The notes under the pieces were generated by a model. The model was given only the letters and a program-made list of their open reading frames with translations. It ran no database searches and had not been told where the DNA came from. A DNA stretch of 64,000 nucleotides, from contig OZ249436.1 of assembly GCA_965235115.1 (NCBI GenBank), positions 18,354,001 through 18,418,000 on the forward strand, given 5' to 3'. The first letter of the stretch is position 1. The number at the start of each line of letters is the position of its first letter. This document shows positions 11,001-23,000 of the stretch, one piece after another. Made by a program: the position numbers and the translations under genes. The DNA is from Laetmonice hystrix (taxonomy: Eukaryota).

Positions 11001-14000
11001 GTGTGGGGTCTGGACAGGAGGTGGGTGTGAAGTCTGGACAGGAGGTGGGTGTGGGGCCTGGACAGGAGGTGGGTGTGGGGCCTGGACAGGAGGTCGGTGT
11101 GAGGTCTGGATAGGAGCTGGGTGTGGGGTCTGGACAGGAGGTGGGTGTGAAGTCTGGACAGGAGCTGGGTGTGGGGTTGTCTCCTCTAGGTTTTCATGTC
11201 ATTTCATGTCTCTTGGTTTACCGATGGGTGAGACCCATCGGCACCCATCCACCGATGGGTCAGACCCATCGGCCGATGGGCCGCGACCCTGGCGCGCCGC
11301 GCATCCACCCGTTGGCCGATCCACCGATGGGTCTGACCCATCGGCCGATGGGTCAGATCGACCGATGGCACGTAACATAGATACTAATCTATCATCTTGC
11401 TATGGTTAAACACAAAATTAAAATCTTAAATGTTATGGCCGCTAGAAGTGTCAACTGAACAATGGGTATATCGCCCATGATAACTTAAACCCCACGAAAT
11501 TTGGTGGAAAGTAAAGATCCATGGCCCTGACCTTATCCCTAACCCCTAACCTCAGTCCCTACACCTCCCAAAAACATATTCCTATACTATCCCTATCCCT
11601 ATCCTTGACCTTAACCCTAACCCATGCCCAAACATTTCGTGGAAAGTTGGTTTTATATTTTTTGGTGTTTTTCCCCATAAATTTGACCATTGCTTCATGT
11701 CCACTTATGATAGGATTTAACTCATCTGGGGAAAAGTAACTTTTAAGTTTCACTACCCTTTGGTACAGAGTTGTATATAGAGCTTATGAGCTCATAGACT
11801 GTGTATATTTTCTATGTCTCTGTGACAGTAAAGTTTATTAGACATTGACATTGAATGTAACAACCTATTAATGTTGGTATCTTAATATCAACAGAGACGG
11901 TATGTGCGACTGGTGCAAAGCGAACTCCAGATGAGTGTGAGACCCGTCTGAAAACTTACACTAGTGCTACCAAATATTACAAAAGAACAATCAGTTATAC
12001 ATTTTTATTATAATGATTATTTATATCTATTTTACAGAACCACAACGAAGGCTGAGAGGATTACTGTTTGCACTAGGCTACACAATTTTCTCAGTAAAAA
12101 ATCGGATATAATTATAATTAATTGTGATTTTCTTATCATCTACAACATACCCTCTCACGGTGTGATAGACCCTTGCCATTTCGTTTCTCTTTGGTAGCAA
12201 ACTCTGAATTTCCGAATTCCTGTGCCAAATCCTCGATATTAACAGCAAAAACCATCCTCAGTGTAAATATTAAAGGGATCTGGACGTTCCTTTGGATATC
12301 GCGACGTCATGCCTGTCCGTGTGGTTACAGGTATCGTATAAGTTACGCCCAGGTCTGAGGTCGTCTTAAATATTTACGAATATCGTAAAACTTTCATAAA
12401 TATTACGACAACATTATTTACGATTTTTTGTTCTGAAACACTTTCGACAGAATTCGTAAATTTAAGATACGATTTTCATTAAGATTTTCTTCTGCAACGC
12501 GGGCTTGATGTGGAAATCAGTAGTATTTTTTTAAACCATGAACCAAACTGTGTGGCAGAACCTGTCTACATTGAATGCTATAGTATAGTTAAGACCCGTG
12601 TTTTACCAAGGCACTGACTGTTTGGCAGGCTGTAACTTTTTTTTTGGATTCGGCGACCCCCAATTTTTTTTGTTTTAAACTATTAGTCCTGGGGGGTGTT
12701 TCACTAACAGCGACGGACAGTCGGACCGGACGACGGACCCAGTCGGACCGTCCGTGTTTTAAAAAAGTGTTTCACTAAACTGTCCGACCGGGTCGGACGC
12801 GGTCGGACTGTCTGACTTTCTAGGACAACTCGGGAGTTGTCCTACACGGCGGTCGGACCAAAAAACATGGCGGACCAACTACTGTTTGATTCTCGACATG
12901 TCAACTTTGGCTGCCAATTTGAGAAATACCTTCGTCCTTACTAATGTTTAAAGTGCACTCCTGCTGTAGTGAAGGTTTTCATATTTGTATTTCTACCTTT
13001 ATTAGATGTATCTGATAATTACAGCATTCACAGACATCGATTGTTTACAAGTGAACCGATATTCTGCAAGCATATGGCTGTGCCAGATTGACCCACTTTG
13101 ATTGTCTTGATTGTGACGTAATCTTCTCAAACCTCAATATATGACCCGGAAGGAAAATATTGACCTTGGATCAGGACAACGTTAGCAACGTATCTTTAGC
13201 CGAAAAGTGACAGGTTTTATATCGAATAAATATATAAAATCTGCATCATACTGGCTAATAACGGAAGATCACACAATGAAAACCAGTGAGAACTATTGCC
13301 GACTGAGAAGACGTCTCAAAACATCTTTTGTACGTCACAAACTGCCAGAATATATAAGTAGATCAAGGCTTGGAGAATGCACGTTTGTTCGATGTGGTAT
13401 TGTGACGTCGCTCTTTGTCTATTGTCATGTCGGCATGGCAGCGTCGGACAGTCCGACTGGTCGGAATACGCACGGACCACGTTAGTGAAACACCTCACGG
13501 GCATTGTCCGTGGCCATTCCGACTTTTCGTCCGACGGACGGTCCGACCCGGTCGGACAAGTAAACGTTAGTGAAACACCCCCCTGATCCACTTTATCTTG
13601 TCACCGAGTTTCAGGAAAAAAATGGTGGTCATTTTTTAACTATTAGTCAAAATGTCTGAAAAATCCTGTTTTTCCCATTGAAACCTATAGTAAAGACCCA
13701 TTTTTTACGGAGGCCTGTATAAAAAAAGCTAATTCGGTGACATATGATTTTTTTTGTTTCTTTGTACTCCTAAGGACAAAGGCTATCCCCCATTTTTTGA
13801 AAATTCTAGTGGTCAATCAAATTCCATCGAACACTCACATTTCCCTTTAAGCACTAGATCTACAAGTTTAATTTAGATAGATATACACTATAATCTATTA
13901 AATTAGTTGAATGAAATATTACTGAATGGGTTCCGTGAGAATATTAATACCCACTTTGACGTCTTTAGTATGTTATAAAACCCTTACATGACGTTGCATG

Positions 14001-17000
14001 ACGTATTGCTTGATATGGAGAGTTGGTCAGACTATAGTAGCAGGGTTGCCAACATCAGGGGCGCCTGCAGAAATATTTTTCAGTATATGCACAGAGTTTT
14101 AAAGGTAGAGAATACACGAGGAGTAGTTTAGAAATAGGATTTATAAATGAAGTTACGTCGAAAAGTAGTGCTGGTTCGAACGAGTTACGTTACCAAAGTC
14201 AGGTCGGATTTTAGAGCCGATTTGTTTATTTAAGCATAAAAAAAAATTCAACAACATTTTCCATTATACGCACATGCGTATAGGCTGCAGGCGCCACTGA
14301 ACATGTACGGTTTGCCCGTAAACTGTACGGTTTCAGACTGTGGTCTACGGTAGTCATCTTATTTGCGATAAAAGTCTATTGGATGGGCGAAATTGCACGT
14401 AAGTGCACGTAAATGACCGCTAAGTTGACTTACAGGCTGGTGATTGCAGAAAGGTTCTGTTGCTCTCGCCAAACAGCTAGCCATTGCGACATGAGCGATA
14501 ATATCCAGACACGTTGTCACTGTTCTCGCGCTTTTTCACATTGTGTGGATTGAAACACCATTTCGTCTTTCGAAATCTGCCTTTCAATTCCACACACCTC
14601 GAACACCAAGTTGTCCTTCTATAGATACTTTTATTTCTCCACATTGCCAATTCCGTGACCATAGAAATTTACATAGACCTCCCGGGTCCTCTCCCGAAGA
14701 TCCGGTTAAGAGAACCCTAAACCATACAGCAGACAACCCAATACCAATAAACCTACGCGACCGATGTCCTCTCCGCGGCTGCGGGAAGAGGAACATTCAA
14801 TTTACTTGTAGACCCCTTTTGATGATAACGCTCAAAATGCTTCTCCCCGGACCGTCTTGGGCCCAATAGCGCCAACCGGATGACCCAAGTCATCCCGGGC
14901 CCAACCACCAACCGATCTCATCCATATTTTTGCAAGGCTATAACTTGTAAATGGTTGAAGTTAGAGCCATAGTTACTATTAAACTCTAATAGGAAGTCAT
15001 ATATGCTCATATATGACGTCATAATGTCATCCATATTTTCTCAGGGCTATCACTTGTAAATGGTTGAAGTTAGAGCCATACATAAAGGGAATTAATAGCT
15101 CTTTCATTTGTCACCATCATTTTGAATAGCTGTAGCTATCTCTACTCAGAACATGGTAGACAGATCCCCCCGGGGATGGAAATACAACTCAGTAATTAGC
15201 CTAGGCCTATAGTGCCGAAGGCGAAATTGGGGCCCTCTTCCAGAAAATTTTTAAAAAATAGTGACTCGTTCCTATGGCTTTTTGGGGCCCGGGTGATAGC
15301 CAGGATACCAGTACCAGGCTGCGCAGTCCGCACTCAGGTTTTTATGAGTCGAGGGGGTGGGGTCCCTGGCCCCCGCCGTCAATGGGCCCCATCAAGGCTG
15401 CGGGCCCCGTGCGGCCACCTCGATTGCCCAATGGTAATGGTGAATCTGCCACTGCATGCTGGCATGAAGATTATTTGACAGATAAATAATTTACAATAAA
15501 TTATTTACAGTAGTTTTTGAGTCACGAAGTCATGGCCAGCTATGGCTGCTCCATGTAGCCTACCCGCAAAAGGCATACATACACACGCGTGTAAGAAAAA
15601 TTTCCCCATATAATATTTTTTCTCCGTCCCAAGTACTTTCTTACAACCAGACTCCACTGTACTGACCATCACAAAAAATTTACCTTCTTTCCCTGAGGAA
15701 GAAAGAAAATTAACAATTAAGTTCCTCATCTTTTTGGGTTCATGCTCGCAATGGTTAGTTTATTTGATTAAGGTAACTCGGGCATTGAAATCGAGAACTA
15801 TTGCTAAGAAGTGAGAGAAAAATTATGGGTATGTCAGTACATCCTGTGGTTAATATATTGTTGTCCTCTCAAAGGAGGTCTTGTGTACCGATTTACAAAG
15901 ATGCTCAGAGCTTCATGTAAACAGTGCAGTTAAATTAAGACAAAGCTTGATATTTGATTCCTTGACCAGTGGCATGAGATGTCGGGAATGTATTTGGTAT
16001 TTTAGGTGACAGATGGAGGCAGAGTGAAGAAAGCTGGTAAAGGCTCAAGGAGGGGCAGCACTGAGCAGTCAGTGTTGCCAGCCTTTGATCCCCTCAGCTC
16101 TGCTTTAGAGGGCACAGACCCTCTGTCCATGATGGTGGCAGAAGTGACTGACCCGCTCTCACAGATGGTGGAACAGATGGCAGTTGCTGACAGTGTGAGA
16201 CACGTTTAATAGTTTGTAAGAACAAGATATTATCAGTTTAATCACCTATTTGCTCATAGACGTAATGATGTATTTAAAATAAGTAAAGTGTAACCTGTAA
16301 AAATAAGTTTATGCCAAATGTTACAAGGTCTAATGTTACAAGGTCTAATGTCACCGTCATGTAACAATGGCATCTGCTAGAGACATCTAACTGATGGTGA
16401 TACCCAAACTATCCAAGGAAAATGGTTCAGGGCAGACAAGTGCACTGTGTATGATGATTGAAAAATTGTAGCTTCTCTGTGACTTTGTATTTATAGAATT
16501 TATCTTCCATATTATGTGTCGACCATGGATGATGGAGGGTTACTGAATTCCCCATTCTTTTACCTAAATTTTCAGTTTGGGCTACCTATACTTCCTTTAC
16601 ATAGTTAGATCATGATAACACTTTGAAACAAAGTTTGGGTGAGAGGGTTCTCTATTGCATGGGCTACCAGTTATTGAATTCTAGCTACGAGTAAGCGAAT
16701 TGTGTGCCTAACTTGATGCCAATGTGATATGTCTGTTTGATAGAAACCAGGAAGGTCTAGTTCTGTTTCCTCAACCCATTCCAATGAACTGGAGGACACG
16801 TTTGAGCCATGGCAGGCCAAGCGAGGTGGAATCCTGAGCAAATATACAACATCCGAGAAACTCTCCATCACTACCAGCTTCCTCTCAGGCTCTGAGAAAG
16901 ACAGAGGTAAAGGGATAAATACCTATCACTTAGTTTACATTACAAAATATATGCAGGGCATAATTTATCTGGGGTCGTATCACAGTTTTGCGACTTGATC

Positions 17001-20000
17001 TACCCTGATGTGAAGCAAAGTCAAATTGTGTTGCAGTTCATTGTGAATCAGTTGAGAAATCATTGTCGTTAGCGGCTAGAGTATGGGCAGTTGGTGCACA
17101 GACGCAGTAGGCAGACTGGTCCTATGATGGATACAAACAAAAGAATTTTAGGTATGCCTGACATCAAGAAATTCCTGGAATCTTTCATCCTTGAATTTAA
17201 ACATTTACATAATCTGTAAGTGAGTGAGTAATGGTGGTTTTATGTTGGCATCTAAGGCCATCTTCAAGGCAAAAACGTTAGAACACTGGATAGTAAAAGG
17301 GATCTATTTTATCCCAGGTCCCGGAACTGCTGAAAACTGTAGGCTTATGAATAGAAATTGAATAGAATCAAAGTCTTCAGACTGTTTTAGAAAAATCAGC
17401 AATCTCTCATGAAGATAAAGTTATATGTATTTTGCTTGTAGAGGTTTAGAACCAAGAGATGTTTACAAGCCAACTTGCTTATAAAATGATAGTCTTTTAT
17501 GTTATGTCTCAGATGGCATGAATGTTGATATGATATGTAAAATAACTTTTTATTTTTGCATTTTATAGCTTTTATGTTGATACGAAGCATAAGTATTACC
17601 GGTATTTGAAATTTTGTAGTGACTCCTAAGGTACCTGGATCCGTGACAGAAAAAGTGAAGAACAGACTTGAACAGCTAGATGACTTTGAAGAGGTGAAAC
17701 GTCTTATGTTTAATGCAGAATGAGAACACATTGCTTTAAGACCTGGGTCATTCCAGGATATTTCATATCTAAATTTTAGGGCAAAATATCCAATAGTTCT
17801 GAAGATATTACCCTTTAATAACATGCCGGGGGGGGGGGGGGATGTGTGCGAATTTCGCAATTTTTTTTTCGCGTGTTATTTTTCATGTCATGTTCAAGAT
17901 CCTATAACTTTTGATCCAGAAGAAGTAGGGCTCTAAAATTTTTAATATTGATTCATCTCACAGGATGCTATCGGGAGACATCAACAGATACTTTTTATAT
18001 TAATTGACATGTGATACAGATCAAGTCAAAAATCATGATTTCATCAATATAAATGTTCACCGAGCCTACGAGTCATAGACACGCTTCAAGTTCCGTTTCT
18101 GACTTGCTGAGATACCGTTCCTACAGCCTGACCCATTTTGCCATCTCTTTGCTGACTAAATAAGAGGCCACAAAGACGTGAATCGAGCCTTGTCTATGAC
18201 ATAGCAGTCCAACGTCACAGTCAGCCTGACCTATTAATTGTGACGTCACTGGAAAGATCACGTCAGAATTGATATCTCCGTACATTACCGCAAGATGCCG
18301 CTTGATTGTGGCTGGCGAGTTTATCCTAGACAGCCAAATGCGGCACAATTTTTATTGCAAGTTGGTTGCATTTGTACTTTTTTTTGTTACTGATTTAAAT
18401 ATGTCAGGTAAAGCAAGTTTCTTTCTATTTTAAAGGTCAAAACCACCATTAGGCTGTATGGAAAATACAGATTACAATGGAGTGATATGGAACGAAGTTG
18501 ACCGACTTAACCCAGTGATTTTGAGTTAACCCAGAGACGAGGTTAAACCAAAGAGTGGGTTAAGCCGTTCTGGGGGTTAACTCTCGCCACTGTTCTTGCA
18601 TCCGGCCACATGGTTTCTAGTGTGAAGCAGCATCACTGCAGAAATGTGGAAATCCCCTCGTTCTGGGATACCCTTAATGCTCCCGCATTGTAGAAAGTCT
18701 CTGACAGTTTGGCACTTTTACAAACATAACGTCTAGTACCATTTGCATACACTGATTTCGAATATTGGAATGCTTAAACTTTACCTGTTACATTAATTGT
18801 AAATAATTTAAATGTGATAATATTCAATATTATCTGTGTGTATTACTGTATAATATGTCGCGAATGGTAAAAACTCCTCTTTTTGAATTGTCAGTTAGTC
18901 ACAGAAGACTTCTTGGAAGCAAGATGTGCTTGATACAGGGCTTGTCTTTTGAGGCACACAATTGCACTTAAAATTGTTCCAAGGCACGCAAAAGACTGCA
19001 CGCCTACCTATAAGATTAGTTAAAACTTTGCACGCCTAGCCAACTTCCTCTGGAGTGACCTTATTCTCTCAAGCAGAGGTCCCTCCGATTTTCTGACTGA
19101 CTTATATGCCAGGTATCTAGGTAGGGCTGGTTCTTCTTGGCTTGTGCCTCTTGTGGTATAATCAGGAACTAATTACCGAGTACAGAGGTATGTCAAAGTA
19201 AAAGCCATTAGCCCATATGCTGGCTTACAACAGTGAACCTTGTTGGTTGACTGATTGGGAAGTAAAACAGTCCACAGGCCGTCAGAAAAAAATGCTTGCC
19301 TAGAGGTTCAAATTGAAGTTTAGGCGAGTAATTCATGTTTTGGCTTATATCTCGAAAACGGTGCAAGATGACGCAAAAGTTATATGTATATGAAGTTTCA
19401 TTTGGTGCCATTTTCCATGACCTTGAGTGACCTTGAAAGGTCAAATCAAGGTCATGCATATTTTGAATAGCCTGGATCTTCAAAACATTTGACGATAACG
19501 ACGTAATCTTGCATGAACATTACATAATGATCAGGGACAGTCCAAGGATGAGGCAGGTCAAAGATATTTTTGACATTAGTCAAAATGGCCGCGTGGTGGC
19601 CATCTTAGATATAAACACATTTGGAGCAATAGCTCAGACACAACGATACCGATTCCTTTCAAATTTGGTGGAAAGAAGGTCCATATGAGGGGTAATGTAT
19701 ATGGCAATGTATTCCCAGATCAGAGCAAATATGGCGACATGGCGGCAATATTAATATTTACTCCCCCCAATAAGACTGTTTTGGCTCATATGTCCAAAAC
19801 GGTGCAAGATAAGGCAATAGTTACTATCATTGACAGATAGGAAGTCATATATGAAGTTTCATTTGGCGCCATTTTCCATGACCTTGAGCGACCTTGAAAG
19901 GTCAATCAAGGTCATGCATATTTTAATGGCCTGTACCTCCAAACCAGTTGAAGATAACAACATCTAATCTTGCATGAAACATTACATAATAACCAGGGAC

Positions 20001-23000
20001 AGTCTAAGGAGGATACAGGTCAAACATTAAAAATGGCTGCTTGGTGGCCATAGAAATTCGAAGCAATAACTCAAGCAAATTTGCAATTACCTGTATCTAC
20101 AAAACACTTCACGTCGAATAACACTAGTTATCAAACTGTACATAACTGCGTAGTTACTAAGATGCAGACGAAGTACATATGAAGTTTCATTTTACAATAT
20201 TTTCTTTGCCCTTCAAAGATCAATTGAAGTCATGCATCGTTTCTTCAAGAATCCATATTTCTTGGTGGGGGCTATAAGCTTCACAAGCTTGTTGATGAAA
20301 TCATGATTTTTGACTTGATCTGTACCACATGTCGATAATGATAGCAGCCAAAAGCTATAGGGTCTTGAACATGACATAAAAAAAATAACACGCGAAAAAA
20401 AGTTCGTGAAATTCACACCCCCCAGGCATGTTTAAAGGGTCATATCTTCCAAACTATTGGATATTTTGCCCTAATTCTGCAGGGCTTCATAATATACATG
20501 TATGCAAAAAATGGTTGAATTCTAAGGGGGTCACCCAGGGATTTTTTGATGATTTGACCTGGAATGACCCAGCTTTTTCCATGATTGTTTGGCCTTTATT
20601 GTCAGATAAAGGCACATTAAAATTTAAATGGTCAAGCTGCTTTGATATAACCAGTGTGTAATATTTTAAAGTCGTCATTTGGCCTGAAGATGATTAAACC
20701 AGTACAGTAGTTTATCTTTTCTTCTTAGGGGTCAGTCAAGGAGATGCTGAACCTAAGCCAGCAGGATTATATAAACCGTATTGAAGAGCTCAACAATGCC
20801 CTCATCATAGCTTGGGAACAGGACCAAAGAGTAAAAGCATTAAAGATTGCCATACAGGTAACAGGTTTCCCTTTGTTTTGACCGTTGAAGTTGAACTTAT
20901 GTTCATAGTTCCCATGGCTCCGGGAAACCGGGAAAAGTCGGGGAATTTAATGTTGGGACCTCCTGGGCTGGGAAAAGTCTGGGAATTTTATAAATATGTG
21001 CTCAAGTCAAGGAAACTTAAATTCTAGTTGGCTGTTTCACAGTCAGGGTACCATTCTTTAATCATCATAGATATTTCATGGTAAGAAAAAAATGGAAAGA
21101 GGCCTGAACATGGTCCTGGAAAAAAACTAAATGATGTGGCGAATTTGGGTTTATGTGTGTGCTTTCTTTAAGTTTTATTGTAAGGCCTTATTTTAGTGTG
21201 TATATGTGCCTGTGGCCGTGGTGCCCCCCCCCCCTCCCCCCACCCGGTGTCTAGACTGTGCGCGCGTGGGCGTGGCCAAGTGGGGAGTTCAGATGTCAAT
21301 CTCAAGCCACTCCCATTGGTCAGCCCCGCTGGCCGGGTGGAGGGGGCTGACCAACACTGGTCGGCTGCAGGGACCCCCTTTAAAAGGGCCTGCACGCCTT
21401 GGATTTGGGGGAGAGTGATCCACCCTCTCCGATGGGACGGCAGCCAACACTACCACCTGCCATTCGGAACACCGAGCCCTTTACGATGTAGAGAGACTCG
21501 GATACCAATCAGAGGTCCCCATATTGGGTCAGATGGGGTCAGCACACTATTGTCGTAGCGTCCAATGTAAACAACAATGGCGGCCACTCGCCAGTGTCTG
21601 GGCTGTGGTGCTGTCAATAGACGGCTTTCTTCGTTAGTTGGCAAAAATCTGAAACCGAATTTGTCATGGATTGTAGCCTTTCTTGACAATGACATTAGCC
21701 ATGAAAACGTGGACTATTCCTTATTTAGCATGTATGATCCGTGTGATAAGAGGATCGAATCAAGGTAGCCTGTCAAACCGTTACACGCCACCGTTGAATT
21801 GTCACACCCATTTTTCTGTGACGGTTTAAACTTTGACTTCTTTCATTTTACGAGATTGTGACGATTCATTTTAATCAAATCAAGGCAAATAATACGGCAA
21901 ATCCATCCTCAAAGTGGTTCAATATTATGAGCCAGGGCGACTCGGGGCCGCCGGGCCGCCCTAGCTGTCCCCACCGGGAGCCACCCGTGCTCTGACCTAG
22001 AACGTGTAGATTACTACATGCAAATTGGATTTAAGTCGTATGTCACAAATTTGTACGTGTAAGTACTTATTGACCACCCTGGGACACATGGAAAGTAAAT
22101 ACCCGCGGTATATGTCTGAATTCAGCAGTTGGAGCTGTCAACACCATAATGATAAGTCACTTGAGTATGACTGAAATAATCCTTCACAAGTAATAATTTT
22201 ATAATAACATGGTCTCAGACCTGTGTTGTCTGCAGTGTATAGTCCTAGGATATTGTATGTACCAGTTAACTGGTATAAGAATGCAAATTTAGTTCACTAA
22301 ATGATGTTTATCAACAGGGATTTATATTGTTACCTAACAGTGTGCCAAACTACTGGCTGACGTCAGTGTCATTCAGTTCTACCCCAGCAAGATGGTGCTC
22401 ATCACTGACATCCTGGACACTTTTGGTAAAAGATAATCACCAATTTTGCAAACTTTATTTTCTAAAATGTTCATGAAAGTGGGAAAATTATGCAGTAAAT
22501 CATGAAAGGGTACTAATCTAAAGAGTTTAGTTAAGAAGACTCTAGATTTCTTTTTATGTCAAATTTAATAAAACAATAAAAAAGAGAAAGAAATGTCATT
22601 CTCCCTGATATTACAATATCTATGATCACTCTTTGTGATGTTTTTTTCTGGTCAATCATTCAATCAGGCCGTCTAGTGTTTGACCGCATCAGAAACAAAT
22701 CTCAGTACGTTCCAAAGGGCAGTCAAACAACGGTCCAACTACCAGGTATGTTTGGCCAACTTGCATACATATTAATTTTGCATTCCCTTAACTGTTAAGC
22801 TAGGAACAGACAAGACGCGATACAATGCGATGCAACACGACTTTTTCAATTCCCCAGAAAGCTCCCAATGGTGTTCAATGTGAGTAAACACAATGCATGC
22901 TATGCGCTGTGCGATGCCACGCGATACCACTCGTCAAAATCGGGAAAAGCCTCAGTGGGGCTTTTTCTCACACGTCACATTGACGCATTTGGATGCAATG

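Larger units (their letters stand above)
8316..12504. mobile_element. Harbinger-like non-autonomous element, itself carrying further insertions
   Basis: TIR GCCCGCGTTGCAGAAG; TTG duplicated. Confidence 0.8.
8182..13846 (-). mobile_element. Kolobok-like MITE (same family as 4247-4818) expanded by nested insertions
   Basis: TTAA at 8178-8181 and 13847-13850; pieces 8182-8315, 12505-12691 and 13583-13846 rejoin into the reverse complement of 4247-4818. Confidence 0.9.

Noticed and set aside
10058..11409. Repetitive ORFs ([24 protein letters not shown])
   Set aside because: All are frames of a 24-bp minisatellite inside a TIR element in an intron; no splice or start context.
21179..21546. Possible solo LTR (TG..CA, TATA-like)
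   Set aside because: TSD imperfect (TTAT/CTAT) and no second copy to confirm.
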